In this document: piece after piece, positions 9,995-25,421 of the stretch
Numbering within the stretch: the stretch's first letter is position 1
How the letters are laid out: every line of letters starts with the position of its first letter
Assembly (NCBI RefSeq): GCF_055900595.2
Contig: NZ_CM148325.1
DNA: 64,000 bases
Strand: one strand, 5' to 3'
Notes under the pieces: generated by a model
Database searches by the model: none
What the model saw: the letters and a program-made list of their open reading frames with translations, nothing else
What the model was told of the DNA's origin: nothing
Made by a program: the position numbers and the translations under genes

Positions 9995-11368
9995 TTACTG
10001 CGCGGCTTCCGCTTTCTTCGCTAGCCCATCCAGCAGTTTCTGATGAATTCCACCAAAACCGCCGTTGCTCATCACCAGAATATGGTCGCCAGGCTGAGCG
10101 GTTTTCACCACCATATCTGCCAGCGTATCAACATCGCCACTCCAGTGTGCAGGCTGAACGCAGGCTTCTGCCACTTCTGCGACCTGCCACGGAATATGCG
10201 CCGGTTGCAGCAGGAAGACTTCATCGGCACGACCTAATGAAGGTGCCAAATCGTCTTTGCAGATCCCCATTTTCATGGTGTTTGAGCGCGGTTCCAGCAC
10301 GGCAATAATGCGCGCCGTACCGCCAACTTTGCCGCGCAGCGCAGCCAGCGTTGCCAGAATCGCCGTCGGGTGATGGGCAAAATCGTCATACACCGTCACG
10401 CCATTTGCTTCTCCGCGCAACTCCAGACGACGACGAGCGTTAATAAACGAACCCAGCGCGTTAGCAGCATCTGCCGGCGCTACGCCAACATGACGGGCCG
10501 CCGCAATCGCCATCAGGCCGTTGTGCATATTATGTTCGCCCACCAGCGACCATTTCACTTCGCCCACTTTTTCGCCATCCAGCAAGACTTCCCATTCGGA
10601 AGCGTCAGTGGTCAGCTTTTTCGCCTGCCAGTGCCCCTGCTCGCCCACCAGCTCCTGCTCGCTCCAGCAGCCCATCGCCATGGTTTGTTTCAGGTTGATG
10701 TCGTTTTCCGGCCAGATAATACGCCCCTGCCCCGGAACGATACGCACCAGATGGTGGAACTGTTTCTGGATCGCTTTCAGGTCGTCAAAGATATCGGCAT
10801 GATCGAACTCAAGGTTGTTGAGGATCAGCGTACGCGGGCAGTAATGGACAAATTTAGAGCGTTTGTCGAAGAAGGCGCAGTCATACTCATCCGCTTCGAT
10901 AACAAAGAAGTCGCTTTCGCCTAAACGTGCCGAAACGTCAAAGTTCCCCGGAACACCGCCGATCACAAAACCCGGTTTATAGCCACACTGTTCCAGAATC
11001 CAGGTCGCCATTCCCGCCGTGGTGGTTTTGCCGTGTGTACCGGCAACGGCCAACACCCAGCGGTCACGCAGCACAAAATCGTGCAGCCACTGCGGGCCAG
11101 ACATATAAGGGATGTTTTTTTCCAGTACCGCTTCCACACACGGATTTCCACGGGTCATGGCGTTGCCAATGATCACCAGATCCGGCTGCGGGTCGAGCTG
11201 GCTGGCATCGTAACCCTGAATCAGTTCAATGCCTTGCTTCTCAAGTAAGGTGCTCATCGGCGGATACACATTGGCGTCCGAACCCGTTACTTCATGGCCT
11301 AACTGGCGCGCCAGCATCGCCAGACCGCCCATAAACGTGCCACAAATTCCTAAAATATGAATGCGCAT
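9995..11368 (-). CDS. mpl: UDP-N-acetylmuramate:L-alanyl-gamma-D-glutamyl-meso-DAP ligase (murein peptide ligase)
   Basis: 457-aa Mur ligase family protein with the GTHGKTTT P-loop. Confidence 0.9.
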   Translation of the reverse strand: MRIHILGICGTFMGGLAMLARQLGHEVTGSDANVYPPMSTLLEKQGIELIQGYDASQLDPQPDLVIIGNAMTRGNPCVEAVLEKNIPYMSGPQWLHDFVLRDRWVLAVAGTHGKTTTAGMATWILEQCGYKPGFVIGGVPGNFDVSARLGESDFFVIEADEYDCAFFDKRSKFVHYCPRTLILNNLEFDHADIFDDLKAIQKQFHHLVRIVPGQGRIIWPENDINLKQTMAMGCWSEQELVGEQGHWQAKKLTTDASEWEVLLDGEKVGEVKWSLVGEHNMHNGLMAIAAARHVGVAPADAANALGSFINARRRLELRGEANGVTVYDDFAHHPTAILATLAALRGKVGGTARIIAVLEPRSNTMKMGICKDDLAPSLGRADEVFLLQPAHIPWQVAEVAEACVQPAHWSGDVDTLADMVVKTAQPGDHILVMSNGGFGGIHQKLLDGLAKKAEAAQ

Positions 11369-11543
11369 ACGTCACTATCCTTTTTTAATCTGGCGCTCAT
11401 TTTACGCATATGTCGGGCAAGTGAGAAACGCATTTCAGGATAATCCGTAATTTGCTGGCGCGATTCACCTGAGCGCAACATTGAGATTATTTGTTAAGAT
11501 TGTTGCGGTCGCTTTACTCCATAAACATTGCAGGGAAAGTTTT

Positions 11544-12542
11544 ATGAAAACGTTAGGTGAATTTATTGTCGAAAAGCAGCACGAGTTTTCTCATGCTACC
11601 GGTGAGCTCACTGCTTTGCTGTCGGCAATAAAACTGGGCGCCAAGATTATCCATCGCGATATCAACAAAGCAGGACTGGTTGATATCCTGGGTGCCAGCG
11701 GTGCTGAGAACGTGCAGGGCGAGGTTCAGCAGAAACTCGACTTGTTCGCTAATGAAAAACTGAAAGCCGCACTGAAAGCACGCGATATCGTTGCGGGCAT
11801 TGCCTCTGAAGAAGAAGATGAGATTGTCGTCTTTGAAGGCTGTGAACACGCAAAATACGTGGTGCTGATGGACCCACTGGATGGCTCGTCCAACATCGAT
11901 GTTAACGTCTCTGTCGGTACCATTTTCTCCATCTACCGCCGCGTTACGCCTGTTGGCACGCCGGTAACGGAAGAAGATTTCCTCCAGCCTGGTAACAAAC
12001 AGGTTGCGGCAGGTTACGTGGTATACGGCTCCTCTACCATGCTGGTTTACACCACCGGATGCGGTGTTCATGCCTTTACTTACGATCCTTCGCTTGGCGT
12101 TTTCTGCCTGTGCCAGGAACGGATGCGCTTCCCGGAGAAAGGCAAAACCTACTCCATCAACGAAGGAAACTACATTAAGTTTCCGAACGGGGTGAAGAAG
12201 TACATTAAATTCTGCCAGGAAGAAGATAAGTCTACCAACCGCCCGTATACCTCACGTTATATCGGTTCACTGGTCGCGGATTTCCACCGTAACCTGCTGA
12301 AAGGTGGGATTTATCTCTACCCAAGCACCGCCAGCCACCCGGACGGCAAACTGCGTTTGCTGTATGAGTGCAACCCGATGGCGTTCCTCGCGGAACAAGC
12401 GGGCGGTAAAGCGAGCGATGGCAAAGAGCGTATTCTGGATATCATCCCGGAAACCCTGCACCAGCGTCGTTCGTTCTTTGTCGGCAATGACCATATGGTT
12501 GAAGATGTCGAACGCTTTATCCGTGAGTTCCCGGACGCGTAA
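11544..12542 (+). CDS. fbp: Fructose-1,6-bisphosphatase class 1
   Basis: ORF-track start 11481 trimmed to the ATG at 11544 ([15 protein letters not shown]), giving 332 aa; FBPase family. Confidence 0.9.
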
Positions 12543-12574
12543 TCTCCTGCGCCTCTCCATACGGAGAGGCGTTT

Positions 12575-13570
12575 TTATCGCTGCGCAATATTGACTCTTG
12601 TCACTGGCGAACTCTGGCGATTCTCCCACAGCACCGTTAATCCACGCTGTAAGGCAATAAAAATGAACAGCAAAATGCCGATGGCGATTTTCGTCCACCA
12701 GGAACTCAGCGTACCGTCAAAGTTGATATATGTCTGAATCAGTCCCTGAATCGCCACGCCAAAAAGCGTCCCAAGTACTGTTCCAACGCCACCGCTCAAA
12801 AGTGTACCGCCAATCACCACTGAGGCGATAGCGTCCAGTTCCACACCTACGCCCGCCAGCGCATATCCGGCTTGGGTATAAATCGAGAAAACAATCCCCG
12901 CCAGTGTTGCCAGCCCGGTGGAGAGCATATAAATGCGAATAGTGGTGCTGCGAGTGGAAATGCCCATCAGGTTCGCCGACGTCGCGTTGCCACCAATGGC
13001 GTATACCTGATTACCAAAACGGGTACGATGCGCGAGGAATATGCCGATAACCACCACCGCAAGCATCAGCAGCCCCATCGCACTTAAGCGACCGCCGCCA
13101 GGGATTTTCCATGCAAGGCTTGAGAGCGTGTCATAAACAGGATGATTTATCGGGATCGACTCTTCCGAAACGAGATAGCTGACGCCACGCAAAAAGAACA
13201 TTCCTGCCAGAGTAATGATAAACGCCGGGATCTTCAGGGCGTCGATCAAAAGCCCCATAAATGCGCCAAAGGCACAGCCCATCACCAGCACCAGTGGAAA
13301 CGCCAGCAGCGGCGAGAGGCCGAAATCGCCAATCACTTTTGCCAGAAACACGCCGGTAAAGGCGATCACCGAACCGACGGAGAGATCGATCCCACCGGAG
13401 AGGATCACAAAGGTCATGCCAACGGCGATGATCCCCAGAAAAGCGTTATCGGTCAGGATATTGCAGATCACTCTTGTGGAAGCAAAACCGGGAAACTGCG
13501 TCAGACAGTAGAGATAACCCAGCACAAAGACGCCGATGGTGATCATAAGCGGCAGGTTACGTTTTATCAC
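12575..13570 (-). CDS. yjfF: ABC transporter permease (galactofuranose-type sugar ABC system)
   Basis: 331-aa multi-pass permease; last gene of the ytfQRT-yjfF cluster. Confidence 0.85.
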   Translation of the reverse strand: MIKRNLPLMITIGVFVLGYLYCLTQFPGFASTRVICNILTDNAFLGIIAVGMTFVILSGGIDLSVGSVIAFTGVFLAKVIGDFGLSPLLAFPLVLVMGCAFGAFMGLLIDALKIPAFIITLAGMFFLRGVSYLVSEESIPINHPVYDTLSSLAWKIPGGGRLSAMGLLMLAVVVIGIFLAHRTRFGNQVYAIGGNATSANLMGISTRSTTIRIYMLSTGLATLAGIVFSIYTQAGYALAGVGVELDAIASVVIGGTLLSGGVGTVLGTLFGVAIQGLIQTYINFDGTLSSWWTKIAIGILLFIFIALQRGLTVLWENRQSSPVTRVNIAQR

Positions 13571-14582
13571 GGCTACGCACTCCTTTAATCAGACTGATAA
13601 AGCGTTGCGACTGAACAATCAGCACGCAAAGCACCACTACCGCTTTCACCACCTGGTTCATCTCTGGCGGAAAGCCAGAAAGTAAAATTCCGGTGTTCAT
13701 CCCCTGAATAATCAGCGCCCCTACCACTGAGAGCAGCAGGTTAAAACGCCCGCCCATCAGCGATCCGCCGCCAATCACCACCGCAAGAATGGCGTCCAGC
13801 TCCAGCCATAATCCGGCGTTGTTGGCATCGGCACCGCGAATATCCGCCGCCACGATAATGCCCGCAATCGCCGCACACAGCCCGCTCAACACATAAGTGA
13901 GCATGACGATGATTCGTGTGTTGACTCCGGCATTTTTTGCCGCCCGAATGTTGATACCAACGGCTTCGATAAACATCCCCAGTGCCGTTTTGCGGGTCAA
14001 CAGCCAGAAGAGGAGAAGCGTCAGTACCGCAATAATGACTGGTGTTGGCAGGAACACCAGCGATCCGCTGCCAAACCATGAGAGATCCGGCGAGTTAAAC
14101 GTGACGATCTGTCCGGAGGTGATCAGTTGCGCCACGCCGCGCCCGGCGACCATCAGGATCAGGGTGGCGACAAACGGCTGAATTTTGAGGATCGCTACCA
14201 GTATGCCGTTCCACAACCCCGCCAGGATGCCGGTGCCCAGGGCGCTTAACAAAACAATCGGCAGGCTGAATCCCGCGACCGTCATCGCAGCCGTTGTGGC
14301 TCCGGCGATAGCCATCACCGCCCCTACGGAGAGATCGATACCACCGGTGGCGATAACCAGCGTCATGCCAATCGCCAGTAGCGCAACCGGGGCGGCGCGA
14401 TTAAGAATGTCGATGGGGCTACCGAACAAACGCCCATCCTGAAGCACGACCTGCCAGAAATGCGGGGCCACCAGGCTATCGACCAGCAGCACCAGCAATA
14501 GCGCCGCCAGCTGCGGCATTCCCGTTGGCCAGCGAAAGCGCCTTTTCGACGGCGTAGTGTCCGGGAGAGATTGAGGCATCAC
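13557..14582 (-). CDS. ytfT: ABC transporter permease
   Basis: Permease ORF; start tentatively placed at the GTG at 14582 to give the recalled 341 aa (ORF track allows 14603); overlaps ytfR and yjfF ends. Confidence 0.8.
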   Translation of the reverse strand: MMPQSLPDTTPSKRRFRWPTGMPQLAALLLVLLVDSLVAPHFWQVVLQDGRLFGSPIDILNRAAPVALLAIGMTLVIATGGIDLSVGAVMAIAGATTAAMTVAGFSLPIVLLSALGTGILAGLWNGILVAILKIQPFVATLILMVAGRGVAQLITSGQIVTFNSPDLSWFGSGSLVFLPTPVIIAVLTLLLFWLLTRKTALGMFIEAVGINIRAAKNAGVNTRIIVMLTYVLSGLCAAIAGIIVAADIRGADANNAGLWLELDAILAVVIGGGSLMGGRFNLLLSVVGALIIQGMNTGILLSGFPPEMNQVVKAVVVLCVLIVQSQRFISLIKGVRSRDKT

Positions 14583-14592
14583 ACAGTTCTCC

Positions 14593-16095
14593 TTACGCCG
14601 CAATGGCGTTCATGATCGCCGGAACGGAAAGCTCTGCCAGCGGGATCTCCGCAACCTGTTTGCGATCGCGCATGATAATCACCCGGTCGGCATAGCCCAC
14701 CAGCTCTTCCAGTTCGGAGGAGATCACCAGCAGCGCCAGACCATCGGCGCATAGCGTTTCAATCAGGAGGATGATCTCAGCGTGGGCACCAACATCAATG
14801 CCGCGCGTTGGCTCGTCGAGGATCAGAAATTGTGGACGAGTCAGCAGCCAGCGAGAGAGCAGCACTTTTTGCTGATTGCCACCGGAGAGAAACTCAATCG
14901 GCTGTTCGGTGGAAGGTGTGCGAATGCCAAGCTGGCGGATAAAGCGTTCGGCAATCTCTTGCTGTTCTTTGCGCGAAATCGGCCGTAACCAGCCGCGCTG
15001 GGCCTGGAGAGCGAGGATGATATTTTCCCGCACCGAGGCGGCGGCGATGATGCCATCGGTTTTCCTGTCTTCCGGGCAGAAGCCGATACCCAGTACCGAC
15101 GCCTGATGTGGGGATCGCAGGGTTTGCTGTTTGCCTTTGATCAACGCCGTGCCGCTGTCAGCAGGTTTGATACCGAAGATCACTTCGGCGGTTTCGGTAC
15201 GTCCTGATCCCAGCAGACCTGCCAGTCCGACGATCTCGCCGGGGCGCACTTCGAGATCGAACGGTGCGATTGTTCCTTTTTTGCCGTAATTTTTGAACGC
15301 GGCAACGGGTTTGTCGCTTAACAATGTTCGCCCGGCACGCTGCAGCGCGTGGGTGTCCAGTTCGCGCCCCAGCATCATTTTTACCAGTTCGATCTGCGGT
15401 AGCTCGCGGGTTTCCCGACAGCCAACAAAACTGCCGTTGCGTAAGACAGTGATCCGATCGCTGACCTGATAGACCTGATCGAGAAAGTGAGTGACAAAGA
15501 TCAGGCTGACGCCGCGATCGCGCAACTGATGCATCAGGCCAAACAGTAACTCTACTTCCTGAGTGTCGAGGCTGGCGGTGGGTTCATCGAGGATCAGCAC
15601 TTTGGCGGAGAGATCAATGGCCCGACAAATGGCGACTATTTGCTGCATCGCCACCGAAAAGCGGTTGAGCGGTTCCCGCACGTCGAGGGAGAAACCGTAA
15701 GATGCCATCAGTTCGGTGGCGCGCTTTTCCATCTCTTTACGGCGTAGAAGGCCGAAACGTTTGGGTTCGCGACCTATGAATAGATTATCAGCGACCGACA
15801 TATTGGGTAGCAGGTTGACTTCCTGATAGACGGTGCCGATGCCGAGTTGTTGTGCGTGGGCGGTATTTTTCGGTGAGATAGTCTGGCCTTCCAGCCAGAT
15901 GGTGCCACGATCGGCGTGGTAGACACCGGTTAATGCTTTGATTAGCGTTGATTTTCCCGCCCCGTTTTCACCGAGCAGCGCCATGATTTCACCACGGCGC
16001 AGGCTGAAATCAACGTTGTCTAACGCTTTGACGCCGGGGAAAAATTTACTTAATCCTTCGGTGCGGAGGATTTCCTGGTGTTGGTTAGTATTCAT
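14593..16095 (-). CDS. ytfR: ABC transporter ATP-binding protein with duplicated ATPase domains
   Basis: Two Walker A/ABC signature sets (GENGAGKST ... LSGGNQQK); start trimmed to MNTNQHQEIL to give the recalled 500 aa. Confidence 0.85.
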   Translation of the reverse strand: MNTNQHQEILRTEGLSKFFPGVKALDNVDFSLRRGEIMALLGENGAGKSTLIKALTGVYHADRGTIWLEGQTISPKNTAHAQQLGIGTVYQEVNLLPNMSVADNLFIGREPKRFGLLRRKEMEKRATELMASYGFSLDVREPLNRFSVAMQQIVAICRAIDLSAKVLILDEPTASLDTQEVELLFGLMHQLRDRGVSLIFVTHFLDQVYQVSDRITVLRNGSFVGCRETRELPQIELVKMMLGRELDTHALQRAGRTLLSDKPVAAFKNYGKKGTIAPFDLEVRPGEIVGLAGLLGSGRTETAEVIFGIKPADSGTALIKGKQQTLRSPHQASVLGIGFCPEDRKTDGIIAAASVRENIILALQAQRGWLRPISRKEQQEIAERFIRQLGIRTPSTEQPIEFLSGGNQQKVLLSRWLLTRPQFLILDEPTRGIDVGAHAEIILLIETLCADGLALLVISSELEELVGYADRVIIMRDRKQVAEIPLAELSVPAIMNAIAA

Positions 16096-16104
16096 AGTTT
16101 CCCC

Positions 16105-16225
16105 CGTTGTAAAGCGTGCGCCAGATAAGACACAACAGCGTCGCATCAGGCATCTCGCACAACCGCCGGATGCGGCGTGAATGCCTTATCCGGCGGCCCA
16201 CAAGTCGGCATCAGGCATTGATGCC
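16105..16225. repeat. REP/BIME cluster between ytfQ and ytfR
   Basis: GCCGGATGCGGCGTGAATGCCTTATCCGGC units plus inverted partner; boundaries approximate. Confidence 0.65.
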
Positions 16226-16227
16226 CC

Positions 16228-17184
16228 TCAATACCCCATGTTTTTCTTCTTCTCTAACTCTTCTTTTGCAGTATCAGGCAGGTAAAGGGTGGACTTGGTC
16301 AGGGTCAGCTTTTCAGGCATGGTGCCGTCTTTTTTATATTTCTCCAGCGCATCAAAAGCGGGGCCTGCCATGTTCGGCGTCAGTTCAACGCTGGCGTTCG
16401 CTTCGCCATCAATCATCGCTTTGTAGATGTCCGGCACGCCGTCGATAGAGCCTGTCAGGATATCTTTGCCCGGTTTCAGGCCCGCTTCTTTAATTGCCTG
16501 AATTGCACCAATCACCATGTCATCGTTATGGGCGTAAACCATGCAGATGTTTTTGCCGTTGTTTTCCGCTTTGATAAAGCTCTCCATCACTTCTTTGCCT
16601 TTGCTGCGGGTGAAGTCACCTGACTGCGAGCGGATAATTTTGATATTTGGCGCATTCTTAATGGCTTCGGCAAAGCCTTTCTTACGGTCAATGGCGACGC
16701 TGGCCCCAACGGTGCCCTGCAGCTCCACCACGTTGCATGGTTTGCCATTCACTTCTTTTACCAGCCAGTCACCGATCAATTTGCCTTCGAGGATGTTGTC
16801 GGCAGTGACGGTGGTCATATAGAGAGATTTGTCTTTCACATCGATGGAACGGTCAAGCAAGAAGACCGGGATTTCGGCATCTTTCGCCTCTTTTAATACC
16901 GGCTCCCAACCGGTCGCTACCACCGGAGCGATAAAGATCGCATCCACCCCTTGCGCGACGAAGGAACGTACCGCTTTAATCTGGTTTTCCTGCTTTTGCT
17001 GACCATCGGCAATTTTCAACGTAATTCCGCGCTTTTCGGCTTCACTTTTCGCCACATTGGTTTCTGCGGCGCGCCAGCCGGATTCCGATCCGACCTGCGA
17101 AAATCCTACGGTTAATGGAGCGGCCAACGCCATAGACGACATGGCTGCCGAGACTGCAGAGACTACAAGTAAGCGTTTCCACAT
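16228..17184 (-). CDS. ytfQ: Periplasmic sugar-binding protein (galactofuranose-binding)
   Basis: 318-aa ORF with a signal peptide and periplasmic binding protein fold; first gene of the ABC cluster. Confidence 0.9.
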   Translation of the reverse strand: MWKRLLVVSAVSAAMSSMALAAPLTVGFSQVGSESGWRAAETNVAKSEAEKRGITLKIADGQQKQENQIKAVRSFVAQGVDAIFIAPVVATGWEPVLKEAKDAEIPVFLLDRSIDVKDKSLYMTTVTADNILEGKLIGDWLVKEVNGKPCNVVELQGTVGASVAIDRKKGFAEAIKNAPNIKIIRSQSGDFTRSKGKEVMESFIKAENNGKNICMVYAHNDDMVIGAIQAIKEAGLKPGKDILTGSIDGVPDIYKAMIDGEANASVELTPNMAGPAFDALEKYKKDGTMPEKLTLTKSTLYLPDTAKEELEKKKNMGY

Positions 17185-17493
17185 AGGGTTGTCCTCGTCG
17201 GGGTAATTATTATTGGTGAAAAGATGTTCGCGAAAAAACTATAGACAATTCGTTATGTAACGGATTGCGTTACATCACACTTCAAAAAAGTAAATAAAAC
17301 GTTAATCACAAGTTTGTAATCGCTTTCATCTCACTATGAAAAATGCGGCTACGGTTATGGATTTTCCTGCTCTGTAAACCTTCTTAAAACTGGCGAAAAA
17401 GGAAAATGAAGACGAAAACAAGCGAAGACATTCGGCGCGAGTTGGCTATAATACTCGGCACTTGTTTGCCACATATTTTTAAAGGAAACAGAC

Positions 17494-18024
17494 ATGAGCT
17501 TACTCAACGTCCCTGCGGGTAAAGATCTGCCGGAAGACATCTACGTTGTTATTGAGATCCCGGCTAACGCAGATCCGATCAAATACGAAATCGACAAAGA
17601 GAGCGGCGCACTGTTCGTTGACCGCTTCATGTCCACTGCGATGTTCTATCCGTGCAACTACGGTTACATCAACCACACCCTGTCTCTGGACGGTGACCCG
17701 GTTGACGTACTGGTCCCGACTCCGTACCCGCTGCAGCCAGGTTCCGTGATTCGCTGCCGTCCGGTTGGCGTTCTGAAAATGACCGACGAAGCCGGTGAAG
17801 ATGCGAAACTGATTGCTGTTCCGCACACCAAGCTGAGCAAAGAATACGATCACATCAAAGACGTTAACGATCTGCCTGAACTGCTGAAAGCACAGATCGC
17901 TCACTTCTTCGAGCACTACAAAGACCTCGAAAAAGGCAAGTGGGTGAAAGTTGAAGGCTGGGAAAACGCAGAAGCCGCTAAAGCTGAAATCGTTGCCTCC
18001 TTCGAGCGCGCAAAGAATAAATAA
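17494..18024 (+). CDS. ppa: Inorganic pyrophosphatase
   Basis: 176-aa [35 protein letters not shown]; family I PPase. Confidence 0.9.
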   Translation: MSLLNVPAGKDLPEDIYVVIEIPANADPIKYEIDKESGALFVDRFMSTAMFYPCNYGYINHTLSLDGDPVDVLVPTPYPLQPGSVIRCRPVGVLKMTDEAGEDAKLIAVPHTKLSKEYDHIKDVNDLPELLKAQIAHFFEHYKDLEKGKWVKVEGWENAEAAKAEIVASFERAKNK

Positions 18025-18038
18025 GTTCTTCTAGTGCC

Positions 18039-18078
18039 ATAACCCTGAACGCCGGGCTTCGGTTAGTAAGGGTTTTTT
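18039..18078 (+). terminator. Rho-independent terminator downstream of ppa
   Basis: Stem AACCCT ... AGGGTT followed by a T6 run. Confidence 0.5.
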
Positions 18079-18372
18079 ATGCCCGCGATAAATAAACTCT
18101 CTATTCCCCTATCATTATTCTCAGCGCTTGCAAGGCTTGAACGGTAAGAACAAGCAAACACGACCACCATTTTGCTGTTCATAGCCGCTTGCTGGAAATT
18201 AGCCGACCTCACTCATTCTCACCGTTCAAAGCATGCCCCCGTTTTACCCCTACGTAATTGTGAACGCCAGCAGAGTTTTTTATGCGTTTACGGATATGGA
18301 AAGCGGCTCGGAGAGAAAAGCTAAAGATGGGGAAGTTACAAAAAAAATCGCGAGATACATCGCATAAAACAA

Positions 18373-18400
18373 CGCCACCCGAAGGTGGCGTGCTTTTATT
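18373..18400. terminator. Hairpin terminator downstream of ytfP, possibly bidirectional
   Basis: GCCACC-CGAA-GGTGGC stem flanked by A/T runs immediately after the ytfP stop. Confidence 0.45.
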
Positions 18401-18401
18401 A

Positions 18402-18743
18402 TTACTTATCCCTGTCTAACCAGTCGCCGCTTTCAATTAGCTTTAATCCATCGACGGGTCGTTGATAAACGTACATCCATGCACTCCCGTACGGCGTCTG
18501 AATCAACTGGCGCGCGTATTCACCGCCCCTGGTGCGCAAGGCATCAAGTTCGGCCAGCGTGGCGTTGTCAATACGATAAACTTCACCGTGTACTGTTCCG
18601 TTCCCCGGAACTGCGCCTGGATAGTGGCCCAGGCTATACAACTGGTAGTTATCGATACTGAAATCGCCCAGTAACTGGGCATTGGTCATCCAGTGACTGT
18701 TGCCTTGTTTGTGGCGTAAACTGCCGTAGACAAATATTCGCAT
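18402..18743 (-). CDS. ytfP: Gamma-glutamylcyclotransferase-family protein
   Basis: 113-aa ORF MRIFVYGSLRHKQGNSHW (AIG2/GGCT-like); directly downstream of tamB. Confidence 0.85.
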   Translation of the reverse strand: MRIFVYGSLRHKQGNSHWMTNAQLLGDFSIDNYQLYSLGHYPGAVPGNGTVHGEVYRIDNATLAELDALRTRGGEYARQLIQTPYGSAWMYVYQRPVDGLKLIESGDWLDRDK

Positions 18744-18745
18744 TG

Positions 18746-24297
<5,552 letters not shown>

Positions 24298-24460
24298 TTA
24301 AACGGCTTAACAAAAATCCAGTAATATGGATTAAAAAGCAGACTAAACCCCAAATATTTCTTATGTTTTACTTTAGACCTATTCACGGTGGTTATTGTGT
24401 GCAAATACGTCTCTTGTTACAACCTTAACCCCAATGACCGATTTTCGGGAGAGCGACACC

Positions 24461-25099
24461 ATGAGTTTATTTGATAAAAAGCATCTGGTTTCCCCCGCCG
24501 ATGCCCTGCCTGGACGTAACACCCCGATGCCCGTAGCCACGCTGCATGCGGTCAATGGTCACTCAATGACCAATGTACCTGACGGAATGGAGATTGCCAT
24601 TTTTGCGATGGGTTGTTTCTGGGGTGTGGAGCGTCTGTTCTGGCAGTTACCCGGCGTTTACAGCACCGCCGCAGGTTACACCGGCGGATATACGCCAAAC
24701 CCCACTTATCGGGAAGTGTGCTCCGGTGATACTGGTCATGCCGAAGCGGTGCGCATTGTTTACGATCCTTCCGTCATCAGCTATGAGCAGTTGCTACAAG
24801 TATTTTGGGAGAATCACGATCCCGCCCAGGGAATGCGTCAGGGCAATGACCACGGCACGCAGTATCGTTCAGCGATTTATCCGCTGACCCCAGAACAGGA
24901 TGCCGCCGCTCGTGCCAGTCTGGAGCGTTTTCAGGCGGCGATGCTTGCCGCCGATGACGATCGTCACATCACCACGGAAATCGCTAACGCCTCACCATTT
25001 TATTATGCCGAAGATGACCACCAGCAATATCTGCATAAAAACCCATATGGTTACTGTGGAATTGGCGGAATTGGCGTCTGTCTGCCGCCGGAAGCATAG
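24461..25099 (+). CDS. msrA: Peptide methionine sulfoxide reductase A
   Basis: ORF-track start 24395 trimmed to the ATG at 24461 ([18 protein letters not shown]), giving 212 aa; GCFWG active-site motif. Confidence 0.9.
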   Translation: MSLFDKKHLVSPADALPGRNTPMPVATLHAVNGHSMTNVPDGMEIAIFAMGCFWGVERLFWQLPGVYSTAAGYTGGYTPNPTYREVCSGDTGHAEAVRIVYDPSVISYEQLLQVFWENHDPAQGMRQGNDHGTQYRSAIYPLTPEQDAAARASLERFQAAMLAADDDRHITTEIANASPFYYAEDDHQQYLHKNPYGYCGIGGIGVCLPPEA

Positions 25100-25144
25100 C
25101 GTTACGGTTACAAATTCAGATTGTTGATAAAGTGAGCTTTGTAT

Positions 25145-25250
25145 ATGCCGGATGCGGCGTAAACGCCTTGCCAGGCCTACAAAACCCTCAAAATTCAATG
25201 TATTGCAGAGACTTCGTAGGCCTGAACAGCATAGCGCATCAGGCAGTTTT
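25145..25250. repeat. REP/BIME elements downstream of msrA
   Basis: GCCGGATGCGGCGTAAACGCCTTGCCAGGCCTACA and a downstream partial inverted unit; boundaries approximate. Confidence 0.6.
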
Positions 25251-25421
25251 GCATTTATCAGTCGTCTGAATTTTAACCCTCTGGCGACTTTACAGTACCT
25301 TACGCTATACTAGCCACTGAAAATGCCGGTTCACTTTCTTCGAATCGGCTTTCAATGTGTATTTCACACAAATTAATCAACTTCCCCTTCCGAGGATCTG
25401 GCCTGAAAGGTCGGATAAGAT

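Noticed and set aside
10370-10924. 184-aa plus-strand ORF inside mpl
   Set aside because: Antisense shadow ORF.
13557-14603. Alternative start choices and overlaps in ytfT/ytfR
   Set aside because: Start-site ambiguity only; gene identities are not in doubt and the overlaps are ordinary operon coupling.
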